This document shows positions 11,120 to 22,663 of a stretch of 38,952 nucleotides of DNA, in pieces; within the stretch, counting starts at the first letter, position 1, and each line of letters begins with the position of its first letter. The DNA is taken from positions 1 to 38,952 of the forward strand of contig MU058477.1 in NCBI GenBank assembly GCA_013265495.1. The letters run 5' to 3'. The position numbers were made by a program, and so were the translations under genes. Below the pieces are notes generated by a model that was not told the DNA's origin, searched no databases, and saw only the letters and a program-made list of their open reading frames with translations. Source of the stretch: Vicugna vicugna. Lineage: Eukaryota.

Positions 11120-11234
11120 GGGGAGGGTATAGCTCAGTGGTAGAGCATGTGCCTAGCAAGCACAAAGTCCTGGGTTCAGTCCCCAGTACCCCCATCAATC
11201 AATCAATCAGTCTAATTACCTCCTACCTCCCCAA
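11120..11234 (+). mobile_element. tRNA-derived SINE (camelid Vic-1-like)
   Basis: GGGGAGGGTATAGCTCAGTGGTAGAGC (A box), GGTTCAGTCCC (B box), (ATCA)n tail; 15-bp TSD aagaataaa[g/a]ctcta at 11103-11117 and 11235-11249. Confidence 0.88.
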
Positions 11235-11397
11235 AAGAATAAAACTCTAAATCATACTTTTTTTGAATAATATACAGCTGCTTTGACAGGTTCATTAGAT
11301 TCAAATCTAGGATGAAAATGACATTAAGCAACACCTGAGGTATTCTTTGTTTTTAATACAGCTGCAACCTTGTCATTTCTCTCCATAATTTCTCTAG

Positions 11398-11805
11398 AAA
11401 TTCTTTGTCCACCACCTCCTCCTATTCTCAATGGAAGGCATTCAGGCAGCTCTTCAGTGAACGTTCCGTATGGAAGCACAGTCACTTACTTTTGTGACCC
11501 AAGCCCAGAGAAAGGAGTGAATTTCATCCTTGTTGGGGACAGCACTATCCGCTGTACCAATGGTAGTCAGAAGACTGGGACCTGGAGCAGCCCTGCCCCA
11601 CGCTGTGAACTTTCTATTCCTGAGGCTCACTGCCCACCTCCCCAGATCCTAAGAGGCAAAATATTATCTGGGCAGAAAGATCAATATTCCTATAACGACA
11701 CTGTGGTATTCGCTTGCGTATCCGGCTTCAAAATGAAGGGCAGCAAGGAAATCCGATGTGATGCCCAAGGCACATGGGAACCATCGGTACCAGTCTGTGA
11801 AAAGG
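11398..11805 (+). CDS. CR2: CR2 SCR5-6 exon (408 nt)
   Basis: ctag|AAATT...AAGG|gtagg; [14 protein letters not shown]...[10 protein letters not shown]. Confidence 0.94.
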
Positions 11806-12408
11806 GTAGGTATCCCCATACTTAGAACAGGTGCTGCTTATTCATCCATTTGAAGCATAAGAGAAGGGGTTACAGACTTCAGCAGGGCCTTTTCCAGTTT
11901 CCAGTCTCCTCAATTACACTGAATATAGTGAATATAAATTATATAGAAGTTTTTTTTTTAAACACTCTCTTCCATTCATTTTGTGGGAGTATCATTGGGG
12001 AAAAAATATTAGGGGTCACTAAGTTGCCTATTTCTTTAAGGAAAAAACTGGCAAAGATGCTTGTTTGTCTTAACAGTGATTTCTTAAAAGAGATATCGGC
12101 AAAGACTTTCCCCTACAGGGAAATCTCACAGTAAAATCATGGAAGATGATTCCTTAAAAAAGGAAGAGACAGGAGAGGAGTTGGTGTACATAGAGGGAAT
12201 CAAACAAAATCTGCAGCAGCCTAAATGCAGAAAATTAAAAAAAAGATTGAAAACCACAGATTTAAAATTACCTTAAACGAGGCTGCAAGATAACTTCTGT
12301 ACCATACAACTGCCACCAAAGTGGAATTGTAGCATTAATGTTAATTTCTTTGGCTCAGTTTCTCTCTGTTGTAGTTTACATCAGAAAAATTCTCTGCCTT
12401 TTCTTTAG

Positions 12409-12585
12409 ATTGTCAGGCTCCTCCCAGGATCCTCCATGGGCAAACGAAAGACAGACACATGATCCACTTTGGCCCTGGAACATCCATCAGATACAGCTGC
12501 GACCCTGGCTATGTGCTGGCGGGAGAAGAATCCATACGTTGTACCTCTGAGGGAGTGTGGAGGCCTGCTGCCCCCACATGCAGAG
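12409..12585 (+). CDS. CR2: CR2 SCR7 exon (177 nt)
   Basis: ttag|ATTGT...AGAG|gtagc; [58 protein letters not shown]. Confidence 0.93.
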
Positions 12586-12663
12586 GTAGCAGGCTTTGGA
12601 TGCAGATGATTTTTTATTTTGAGATTCCTTGAGTTGATTTCTTATCCTAGTCTCTTTTCTTAG

Positions 12664-12754
12664 TGGCAGAGTGCGAACCCATAGGAAAGCAAGTCTTTAA
12701 AAAACCCGAGGCCCAATTTATTAGAGCAGATGTTAACTCTTCTTGCGATGAAGG
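12664..12754 (+). CDS. CR2: CR2 SCR8a exon (91 nt)
   Basis: ttag|TGGCA...GAAGG|gtaagt; [30 protein letters not shown]. Confidence 0.92.
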
Positions 12755-13056
12755 GTAAGTGAGGGCTGTTTCAGCTTGAACTAGGTCTGACTCATCAGTG
12801 CCTACTGCAAGCTCTGTGTAAAAGTTCATCTCCGAGACCACCTCCCGCTCCATCACGTGTTCGTGGAAGCATTGATCACTCTGTTTTTCCATTAATGGAA
12901 CCTGTGCTATGCCATGGACAGGTCGTGCTGATGCTGTGCACATTTTTGTTCCTATTGCTTCTTGTCCTGAGAGTAATGAGTCTGCTTGTGAGCCAACAGC
13001 TCTCGCTTAGGTTAGTGGTTACCAGATGGCAAACTATCATGGCTCTTTGTCTCTAG

Positions 13057-13133
13057 GTACCGGTTAAGTGAGAGTGTTTATCAGCTGTGTCAAGGCACAA
13101 TTCCTTGGTTTATGGAGATTCGTCTTTGTAAAG
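13057..13133 (+). CDS. CR2: CR2 SCR8b exon (77 nt)
   Basis: ctag|GTACCGG...AAAG|gtgagt; [25 protein letters not shown]. Confidence 0.93.
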
Positions 13134-14002
13134 GTGAGTAAAAAAGTAACAGAGGATCTAAAATAATGTGAGCTGTTTGCATTTCCTGTGAGATTCCATG
13201 TTATGGGAAAAAGAATATTAGATTTTGTTCTATTCACTTTGTCAATAGTTACAGCTGCATGAGATTTGCTTTCTGTTGTCACCTCTTTCTACTTCAAAAC
13301 ATAGCAATTTAGTTACTGATTCTCTTTTTATGATACAGGAGAATACTAATAATGAGGTCAGTGAATATATGAGCCTTAATGTTGGGCACACTGTAGTTTA
13401 GGGGAGAGAAAGGGGACTGGTTGGGATCCAAACTCAGATTCTATTTCTGCTCCTTCACATGACTTGGGGCAATTTGTGTAACTTTTCTGATCTCTAGCCT
13501 CTTATCTACAACCTTAGCATAAGGCTGCAGATCTCAAAGTTATTATAATTAGATGGTACTATTCCTACCCTGTAGCTGAGAAAATTACCTGTCAAAAAGT
13601 AGATGTTCAATCAAGTTAGTATTCTTGGCTAACCTATCATATCACCTCAGCACAAAGATGATACTCAAAAAAGCTTAATTCTATTTCCCTGTGCTTTTTA
13701 TTGACCTAATAGTTATTAAAAAGAAATAATTCTGTTTTTAAATTAATAGTTTACCACCAGACTTTACTGCCTCACAATCTGATATCAATGTACATGTTCA
13801 CTATTAACAAAGACTTACAAGTATCTTTCCTATGAAGTCTTTTAAGTTGGATTTTACATATGCAGTGAGCTTTGATGTAACACATATCATCATGACTCAC
13901 TCATATCCTCTAAGAAACCTGATAACTCATAACCAGCTTCATTTCTTTTCTTTGGGCTTTAATACTGGAACAGAATTGTATAGTAACTTCTCATCTCTCC
14001 AG

Positions 14003-14410
14003 AAATCACCTGCCCACCACCCCCTGTTATCTACAATGGAGCACACACAGGGAGTTCCTCAGAAGATGTTCTATATGGAACCACAGTCACGTACACATGT
14101 AACCCCGGGCCAGAGAGAGAAGTGGATTTCATCCTCATTGGGGAGAGCACCATCCGTTGTACAAGCAACGATCAAGAGACAGGCATCTGGAGTGGCCCTG
14201 CTCCTCTCTGTAAACTCTCCCTCCCTGCTGTTCAGTGCTCACATGTCCACATTGCAAATGGATACAAGACGTTTGGCAAGGAAGCCCCGTATTTCTACAA
14301 TGACACTGTGACATTCAAGTGTGATAATGGATTTACTTTGAATGGCAGAAGTCAGGTTCGTTGCAAAGCCAATAACACCTGGGATCCTGAATTACCAGTT
14401 TGTGAAAAAG
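14003..14410 (+). CDS. CR2: CR2 SCR9-10 exon (408 nt)
   Basis: ccag|AAATCACC...AAAG|gtaaa; [15 protein letters not shown]...[10 protein letters not shown]. Confidence 0.94.
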
Positions 14411-14793
14411 GTAAAAACCCTATGGGGAGCAAAATCAAGTATTAACTTGTTTGTTCTTGTTTATTATCGCTCACTGAAAGCTAGAGTCATGGAAAAAGGC
14501 AAGGGGGCATAGATTACTGTCCCATTTCTTCCATTGTTTAATGGAATATTCTGTGTGTTGTTGTATATGTTCTTTGTGCAAATGCCCCTTTGGATCTGGG
14601 GTATATTCAGGGTAAATAATTGAGAGGATCTTTTTGAAGGTGCCAGGTTCCTTCCAAGGCACAGAAAGCATTCAATAATGAATAAGAACTTGATGATCAT
14701 TGGCTTAAAAGTTTCACACTGTCTATTGGCAAACATTGTATACTTGAAGTTCTTGAATATAAATTCTGTTTTTGTTGGTATTTCTGTGGGAAG

Positions 14794-14982
14794 TTTTATC
14801 TTCAAGCTGTCAGCCACCTCCTGGGCTCTACCATGGTCAGCATACAGGTGGAAACAGGGTCTTCTTTACCCCTGGGATGACTGTAGACTACACCTGTGAC
14901 TCTGGCTACTTGCTTGTGGGAAACAGATCCATTCACTGTATGCCTTCAGGAAATTGGAGTCCTTCTGCCCCTCGGTGTGAAG
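14794..14982 (+). CDS. CR2: CR2 optional SCR11 exon; 5' boundary uncertain (in-frame AG gives 14794; expected start 14806 lacks AG)
   Basis: [58 protein letters not shown] is intact; donor G|gtact. Confidence 0.6.
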
Positions 14983-15056
14983 GTACTTTCAGTTCGAGAG
15001 TTGTCTTTGTCTTTGATATCAGGCATGTATAAGTAACTCCAACTTCGCTCCTCTAG

Positions 15057-15144
15057 AAGCACCATGCCAGCCTTTGAAAGAAGATCTTCGAGAGCTTCCA
15101 GTTGATGCATCTGTGGTACCAGTTAATACATCCTGCCAAGATGG
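15057..15144 (+). CDS. CR2: CR2 SCR12a exon (88 nt)
   Basis: ctag|AAGCA...GATGG|gtgagt; APCQPLKEDLRELPVDASVVPVNTSCQDG. Confidence 0.92.
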
Positions 15145-15498
15145 GTGAGTACAAGATGATCCATCCTGAGAAAGGGTCTTCATCTTGCTTTGTGCATTAA
15201 TTCTACCCTCAGCTTGTCTTGATGACTCCCTTTAGTGGTTCCTCATCTTCACGCTAACTGAGAATGTGAGGTTTCAAAATCTAACCAGCAACTCTGACGT
15301 CTCAGTCCTTTTTGACATGGACATGGCTTTGCTGTGAGCGATTTTAAGTTTAAAGTAGTTTTCTTACTTGGAGGGCTGAAGGCTTTAATTTCTCTCTGCC
15401 GAAGTTCTTATTTAGAAGTGGCTCTGTATTTGTGGTTTGAGAAGGCTAGGTTTCAGAGATTTGATATTGGGAAGAGAAAATATATTCTCTCTCTCTAG

Positions 15499-15581
15499 GT
15501 ACCAGTTGACTGGATATGCTTATTGGAAATGTCAAGATGATAAGAATGGGGTTTGGTTCAAAAAGAGTCCACTTTGTAAAG
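15499..15581 (+). CDS. CR2: CR2 SCR12b exon (83 nt)
   Basis: ctag|GTACCAG...AAAG|gtaagt; [27 protein letters not shown]. Confidence 0.93.
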
Positions 15582-15764
15582 GTAAGTTAGAAAAAATCGG
15601 TGGGGTAGTAGGGGTTAGAGATGACAGGCCACTGCAGAACTAATCTATATGTCAACAGTCTGTGCACTCTAGCTCAGTGTGCATAAACTAAGAAACATCT
15701 TTTAGTGTTTAGATGGCACTAGCATTTGTTTTGGGAAACAAAATTATTAAGTAGGAAATTAGTA

Positions 15765-16084
15765 CAGTTGGCTCTCTGTATTTGTGGGTTTCACATCCAT
15801 GGATTCAACCAACTGCAGGTCAGAAATATATTTTTTCAAATCCCAAAAGTTCCAAAAAGCAAAACTTGGATTTGCTGTGTGCTGGCTACTATTTACCTAG
15901 CATTTCTATTGTATAAGGTATTATAAGTCATCTAGAGATGATTTTAAGTATGTGGGAGGATATGCATAGATTATACGCAAATACTATGCCATTTATATAA
16001 GAGACTTGAGGATCCTTGGAATTTGTTATCGATGGCCGGGAGGGGTCCTGAAACTCATCCCCTGCGAATACTGAGAAATGACCG
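15765..16084 (-). mobile_element. MER2-like TcMar-Tigger DNA transposon
   Basis: TA-flanked degenerate TIRs (cagttggctctctgtatt...aatactgagaaatgaccg); internal similarity to the element at 19561 in reverse orientation. Confidence 0.82.
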
Positions 16085-16412
16085 TATTTGCCATATACCT
16101 GATAATTGCTCAAAATTTTTAAAATAACAAATGTAGACTATTTCTCTATTTCATGGGAACATAGCTGTATTTATCCCTTTCTTAATACTTTAATGAATTT
16201 TCTGAATTTTTAGTGAATGAGTGTGTATTACTCATATGGTCAGAAAATGTAATAAAGCTGTTTTACAGAAAACATAATCCAGGGTCTAAAATTTAAATAA
16301 TTGTATTAGCTATGTGCAGTACATGCATTTGCATAGTTTTGTTTGTTTCTGAATGAAGACCGTCCACCTTGGTGTACCAGCTGAAGTAGAATTTCCTAAA
16401 TCTCTTCTGCAG

Positions 16413-16805
16413 TTATCGACTGTCAACCTCCACCAGTGATTAACAATGGGAGACACAAAGGTGTGATGGTAGAACACTTTCTATATGGAAACGAAGTCTC
16501 TTATGAATGTGACCAAGGATTCTATCTTCTGGGAGAGAAAAGTATACGGTGCATAAAGGATTCTAAAGGACGTGGATCTTGGAGTGGACCTCCCCCACGG
16601 TGCTTAAAATCTCCCCCTGTGACTCACTGCCCTAACCCAGAAGTCACACATGGATACAAACTAAATAAAACTCAGTCTTCATATTCCCACAATGACATAG
16701 TGTATGTTGCCTGCAATCCTGGCTTCATCATGAATGGCAGTAACTTGATTAAGTGTAATACCAACAACAAATGGGAGCCAGCTGTACCAACTTGTATCAA
16801 AAAGG
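16413..16805 (+). CDS. CR2: CR2 SCR13-14 exon (393 nt)
   Basis: gcag|TTATCGAC...AAGG|gtaag; [14 protein letters not shown]...[11 protein letters not shown]. Confidence 0.94.
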
Positions 16806-17843
16806 GTAAGATATTTTAAGGAATAAAACATGGGATGTTGCACAAAGTAAAGAAAAATGGTTTTGAATCACACTTGCCATTCTGCCTAAAGAAAACTAAG
16901 TAAAAGCTAAGATGTAATCATTATTTTATGAAATACCTGCCTTACCATCTCACCTCATGATTTTTTCCCTTTCCTTTCTAAGTGTGTTGAACAAAAGTAC
17001 ATGAAAAGATAATGGTTAACTTCTAAATTGATGGAGTCTCCCCGGTTTGTTATTTTTTATTAATTTAGAATAGGAAAATGCACATGCCTTTTGGGGAGTG
17101 CAATTGTTTGGCAGTAATATTACTTGATAATTTGATATTTAAGGCTGTGATACTAGCCAGAAAGAGATCTTTGGATGTTCTGTAGAATGGACCCACTGAA
17201 TTGTCTTTCTTGTAATTTTAGTTATCATTGGTAATTTTACCTCCATTAGTGTCTATCTACAACAGAGGCTGCCAGTCGGTGACCCAAGAACTGAGTTCAA
17301 ACCTGGTTTCTCTGGCTAGCATAGTAGTCTTATTCAAAGTGAAACCAGTCTCCACTGCCCAAGACAAAGGGTGGATCTGTGATATAGGAAGGGCTGCCAT
17401 TGCCTTCCTGCAAGGCACTAGTAGCTTGAAATGGGCAGTGGCTACCCTTTTTAGAAGGACAGATGCTTTCTGACTTATCATATCTGGTGGCTTCACTTGT
17501 CAGCTTCTGTAAGCATTTGAGTGTGTGACCCTTGACTGCAGCCTTTCTACCATTTAAAAGAAAAGAAAAACGAATATTATTGGTTGATAGATTAAAATTG
17601 TGGGCTTAAACCATTGATGTTTCATCATCTTACATTTGAGATTTGTCTCCAGATCATATATGATATAGGCAGGAAATGCAAATCTCTCCTGAGTACTGCT
17701 TGATCTGGGCGGAATGAATATTTCTAGAAACCAATTAGTTGGCTTGCTGCCTGCCTTCACTCTGTATTGCTATGACCCACAGATAGCATTGGCTATGTGT
17801 TCCTCTGTACTAAATTAAAGGTCCTTTTATATTGGTATCTAAG

Positions 17844-18029
17844 CTTTCACAGGATGTCAGCATCCATTTAAGATCCCCAATGGGAATCATACTGGTGGAG
17901 ACATAGCTCGATTTTCTCCTGGGATGTCAGTCCTGTACACATGCAGCCAAGGCTACCTGCTGGTAGGTGAAGCACTCCTTCTTTGCACATACGAGGGAAC
18001 CTGGAACCGACCTGCCCCTTATTGTAAAG
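17844..18029 (+). CDS. CR2: CR2 SCR15 exon (186 nt; alternative in-frame acceptor at 17853)
   Basis: taag|CTTTCACAG...AAAG|gtttgt; [61 protein letters not shown]. Confidence 0.9.
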
Positions 18030-18514
18030 GTTTGTTGTTTATTTATTTTTCCTTATTTTTAAATCAAATTTGTCCCAAATAGATATATTTGTTAGCTACT
18101 TTCCACTTAAAATAGCCAAATAAATGCATTAATTGGACCATTGAGTTAAATGCATTTAATTGAATTAATCGAATTGGATTTAATTGGATTAATACATCAA
18201 GTAATCTAAATATTACAAAATAAGAAAGTGTCTGAGGCTTTAGTCTATCTGAGCTATCACTTATGTAGTCATTTAAATATGGAAAGTTGAAGTCTATATA
18301 AATTAAAAAACTAAGGTACAAACTGAATTTACACCGTGGTTACAGTTATGGTAAGTGTGCATCTGGCAAAATACTAGTAAAAAGTACAATGATTGTTAGA
18401 GTGTATTTCCTCTAAGTGGTGGTAAGATTATAGGTATATTTTTTTATTAAAGTTTCAGAATATCTTTTTCATTTTCATTAGCAATGCATATGAAATGTGA
18501 GTAGTGAGTTAATA

Positions 18515-18750
18515 TCGAATACTTGGTAAGCACTTTTTACCACATGCTGGATACTGTGCCTTGCACTTTGCATGCATTATCTCATTTAATCCTCATGAGA
18601 ACTATATGAAATTGGTGCCCTGATTATCCCCATATTGTAGATGAGATCCCAGCAGAATGGAGAGATCTGTAACTTACCCAAAGTCACACAGCTAGGAAGT
18701 CCTAGAGTCAAGTTCAAATCCAAAATCTCACACTATTGACCCCTACACTG
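18515..18750 (-). mobile_element. MIR SINE
   Basis: cattatctcatttaatcctcatg...attatccccatattgtagatgag...aacttacccaaagtcacacagctag. Confidence 0.8.
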
Positions 18751-19139
18751 AAAAGATGGAAGGAGAAATGAGGAAGCATTTACAAGTAAGAAGAATTAGA
18801 TAATAAGAGTAGAAGTTGATGGAGCAATAATTCAGAGTTCTTAACATGACCCTTTCAGCCCTCATAGTTTCTCTAAGAAGCCACTAAAATTATCGTTTTG
18901 GTTTAGAACTAAAGCACAAAGAAGGAATGTAGTCTGGCATAATTACCTGGAAGTTATTGATGTAGATGGCTGATGCTAAAAGTCTATGCCTAGGACATCA
19001 TTTTGTGTTTCAGTGAAGCTTTACTAACTGAGAATAAACTTAAGTTGGTTTCATAAACCTTTCCATTAAGGGCAGTATTTATGTTCATGGCAAAAAGCCA
19101 AAGTATGACCCAGCTTCAACGAGATTCCTTTGATTTCAG

Positions 19140-19328
19140 AGGTGAACTGTAGCTTCCCAGAGCATATAAATGGAATCCAGAATGGGCTAGAGCCTGGAAA
19201 GATGTATCAGTATGGAGCTGTCGTCACTCTAGAGTGTGAAGATGGGTATACCCTGGAAGGAAGTCCTCAGAGCCAGTGTCAGGAAGATCACCGATGGAAC
19301 CCTCCCCTGGCTGTTTGCAAATCACCAA
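19140..19328 (+). CDS. CR2: CR2 SCR16 exon, copy 1 (189 nt)
   Basis: tcag|AGGTG...CCAA|gtgagt; [13 protein letters not shown]...[11 protein letters not shown]. Confidence 0.9.
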
Positions 19329-19560
19329 GTGAGTACAAAGGGCTTCACTAAGCTCCGACTCGTTTCACTGGAGAGAAGAGAGTAAGGGGTACCCCTCAAT
19401 GTTAGGGACTCCTGGGTTTTAAACTGGCTTCGGACTGTGACCAGTGGTACAGTAACAGACGAATTTGAAGTTGGTGGTCTATTCTGAGGATGGGAGAAGT
19501 AAAGACAGAACATAAAAAGAGAAGAGCACTAACTGAAAAGGTGCAAAACTAACAACCTTA

Positions 19561-19875
19561 TGCCGTTATCTTGTGGTATCCGCAGAGGGCTTCGTTCCAG
19601 AACCGCCTTGGATACCAAAATCTGCAGATGCTCAGGTCTCTTATATAAAATGGCATAGTATTTGCATGTAACCTGTGCACATCCTTCCATATACTTTAAA
19701 TAATTTCTAGATTACTTATAATACCAATGCATTGTAAATACTATGTAAATAGTTGATGAGCTTACAGTAAATTCAAGTTTTGCTTTTTGGAACTTTCTGG
19801 AATTTTTTGATTTTTTCAAATATTTTCTGTCTGTGGTTGGTTGAATCTGCAGATACAGATATGGAGAACCAACTG
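19561..19875 (+). mobile_element. MER2-like DNA transposon
   Basis: ggtatccgcag...ggataccaaaatctgcagatgctcagg...tatataaaatggcatagtatttgcat...aaccaactg|ta. Confidence 0.82.
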
Positions 19876-20285
19876 TACTTTGAAAGCAGTTGACTGCTAA
19901 GACTTCCGTTATTCCTGAATCTTCATTTATAAGTGCTTACTAATATGACAGGGACTTCCAAAAATACATTAACCAACCTGTTGTAACAATTAATGTTTGC
20001 ATTCTGACCTGGGAAATCCCTGATTATAAAGTTGAGTTTATTGTTTTTTTCATTAGTGAACTACCCCAACTTAAAGTGAAAAAAAATTTTTTTTTAAATC
20101 CAATGGCAGTGTTACACAAGAAATGAAGGAAGATTGGGTATAACCCAGGTTTCCAGTACATCTTCTTAAGTAGATTTAGAGAGGGGGGAGTTGTGTGTTA
20201 ACTTGGGGACGTTACGCTGGGACTCTGAGCTACGTGGAACCATGCAACTAGACTAATAGTTTTGTAATTTTTGTATTCTTCGTAG

Positions 20286-20309
20286 GCTCACTTCCTCCTC
20301 TTCTTGGTG
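20286..20309 (+). CDS. CR2: CR2 24-nt juxtamembrane/TM microexon, copy 1
   Basis: gtag|GCTCACTTCCTCCTCTTCTTGGTG|gtaagt; SLPPLLG. Confidence 0.85.
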
Positions 20310-20982
20310 GTAAGTTTTCTTAAATACTTGAAGAAGACTTCTAATGGTGTTTTATATACAAAAAAGTATAATTTGAGGCCCTGTATCTGGCCTGTTAATT
20401 TTTTTCACTTATAAGAAATGATCTTTTTTGGTGTTTTAAGGATCTTTTAATGTGCACTTCACATCACAAACTGTCACCTTTGGATGGAATGGAATAAATG
20501 ATTTAAATAGCCATTCCCAGTTTCTATACTGAAAGCTTAGTTTGCATTAAACTCTTGATCTTTTGCATGATTTGATTACTATCAAAATAGACTGGCTTAT
20601 TCTGCAGCAGCAAAATATATTTCACAACTGAGAGTTAAATGTTGTGCAAGGTGATAGGATCCTCATGTCCTGAGCTCCTAATTTTACCCCAGTGATGAGA
20701 ATATTACTAATAAAACTGAAAGGAACAGAAAAGCTCAACACGAGCTTGACTGGAACCCTGTGATCAAATGCTCGGTGCTTTAGATTAAGTGTTAACCAGG
20801 GTTGAATCCGAAAAACTTTAAGCCCACTATGCTCATTCATGAATTTGGTATTTATGGCCAAGAAAAGATAAGTATAAAAGTCACATAACATATCTTCCTC
20901 TACTAGAACTAGGCCCCACAATCACTTCAAACAATGATGATCACATTTTTTCTAGCATTTGACATTCCGTTTTCTTTTCTAG

Positions 20983-21061
20983 GGCTTTCTGTAGGTGGAG
21001 TGGTTCTCATCTGCTTGGTTATTGTCTCCTTATGCATGATACTAAAATACAGAGGATGCCG
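20983..21061 (+). CDS. CR2: CR2 TM exon, copy 1 (79 nt)
   Basis: ctag|GGCTT...TGCCG|gtaagt; LSVGGVVLICLVIVSLCMILKYRGCR, a hydrophobic run with a basic stop-transfer. Confidence 0.85.
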
Positions 21062-21491
21062 GTAAGTTCAGCGCATACTTGACCAAAAAGCATAAAAGGT
21101 TTTGACTCCTTGCCTGAAACTAAACACAGAAGCACAAATTATATGAAATAGATAATAAGAGTAGAAGTTGATGGAGCAATAATTCAGAGTTCTTAACATG
21201 ACCCTTTCAGCCCTCATAGTTTCTCTAAGAAGCCACTAAAATTATCGTTTTGGTTTAGAACTAAAGCACAAAGAAGGAATGTAGTCTGGCATAATTACCT
21301 GGAAGTTATTGATGTAGATGGCTGATGCTAAAAGTCTATGCCTAGGACATCATTTTGTGTTTCAGTGAAGCTTTACTAACTGGGAATAAACTTAAGTTGG
21401 TTTCATAAACCTTTCCATTAAGGGCAGTATTTATGTTCATGGCAAAAAGCCAAAGTATGACCCAGCTTCAACGAGATTCCTTTGATTTCAG

Positions 21492-21680
21492 AGGTGAACT
21501 GTAGCTTCCCAGAGCATATAAATGGAATCCAGAATGGGCTAGAGCCTGGAAAGATGTATCAGTATGGAGCTGTCGTCACTCTAGAGTGTGAAGATGGGTA
21601 TACCCTGGAAGGAAGTCCTCAGAGCCAGTGTCAGGAAGATCACCGATGGAACCCTCCCCTGGCTGTTTGCAAATCACCAA
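21492..21680 (+). CDS. CR2: CR2 SCR16 exon, copy 2 (duplicate)
   Basis: Same sequence and splice sites as 19140-19328, offset 2352. Confidence 0.6.
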
Positions 21681-21912
21681 GTGAGTACAAAGGGCTTCAC
21701 TAAGCTCCGACTCGTTTCACTGGAGAGAAGAGAGTAAGGGGTACCCCTCAATGTTAGGGACTCCTGGGTTTTAAACTGGCTTCGGACTGTGACCAGTGGT
21801 ACAGTAACAGACGAATTTGAAGTTGGTGGTCTATTCTGAGGATGGGAGAAGTAAAGACAGAACATAAAAAGAGAAGAGCACTAACTGAAAATGTGCAAAA
21901 CTAACAACCTTA

Positions 21913-22227
21913 TGCCATTATCTCGTGGTATCCGCAGAGGGCTTCGTTCCAGAACCCCGTTGGATACCAAAATCTGCAGATGCTCAGGTCTCTTATATAA
22001 AATGGCATAGTATTTGCATGTAACCTGTGCACATCCTTCCATATACTTTAAATAATTTCTAGATTACTTATAATACCAATGCATTGTAAATACCATGTAA
22101 ATAGTTGATGAGCTTACAGTAAATTCAAGTTTTGCTTTTTGGAACTTTCTGGAATTTTTTGATTTTTTCAAATATTTTCTGTCTGTGGTTGGTTGAATCT
22201 GCAGATACAGATATGGAGAACCAACTG
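21913..22227 (+). mobile_element. MER2-like DNA transposon (copy within the duplication)
   Basis: Duplicate of 19561-19875. Confidence 0.8.
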
Positions 22228-22639
22228 TACTTTGAAAGCAGTTGACTGCTAAGACTTCCGTTATTCCTGAATCTTCATTTATAAGTGCTTACTAATATGA
22301 CAGGGACTTCCAAAAATACATTAACCAACCTGTTGTAACAATTAATGTTTGCATTCTGACCTGGGAAATCCCTGATTATAAAGTTGAGTTTATTGTTTTT
22401 TTCATTAGTGAACTACCCCAACTTAAAGTGAAAAAAAATTATTTTTTTTAAATCCAATGGCAGTGTTACACAAGAAATGAAGGAAGATTGGGTATAACCC
22501 AGGTTTCCAGTACATCTTTTTAAGTAGATTTAGAGAGAAGGGAGTTGTGTGTTAACTTGGGGACGTTACCCTGGGACTCTGAGCTACGTGGAACCATGCA
22601 ACTAGACTAATATTTTTGTAATTTTTGTATTCTTCGTAG

Positions 22640-22663
22640 GCTCACTTTCTCCTCTTCTTGGTG
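22640..22663 (+). CDS. CR2: CR2 24-nt microexon, copy 2
   Basis: gtag|GCTCACTTTCTCCTCTTCTTGGTG|gtaagt; SLSPLLG (P>S versus copy 1). Confidence 0.6.

Noticed and set aside
11120..11195. Apparent tRNA gene
   Set aside because: Has a simple-repeat tail and TSD, and a related diverged copy occurs at 27.3 kb; it is a SINE
18120..18195. AT-rich patch with repeated AATGCATT/TAATTG motifs
   Set aside because: Low complexity; homeodomain-like motifs are expected in such sequence
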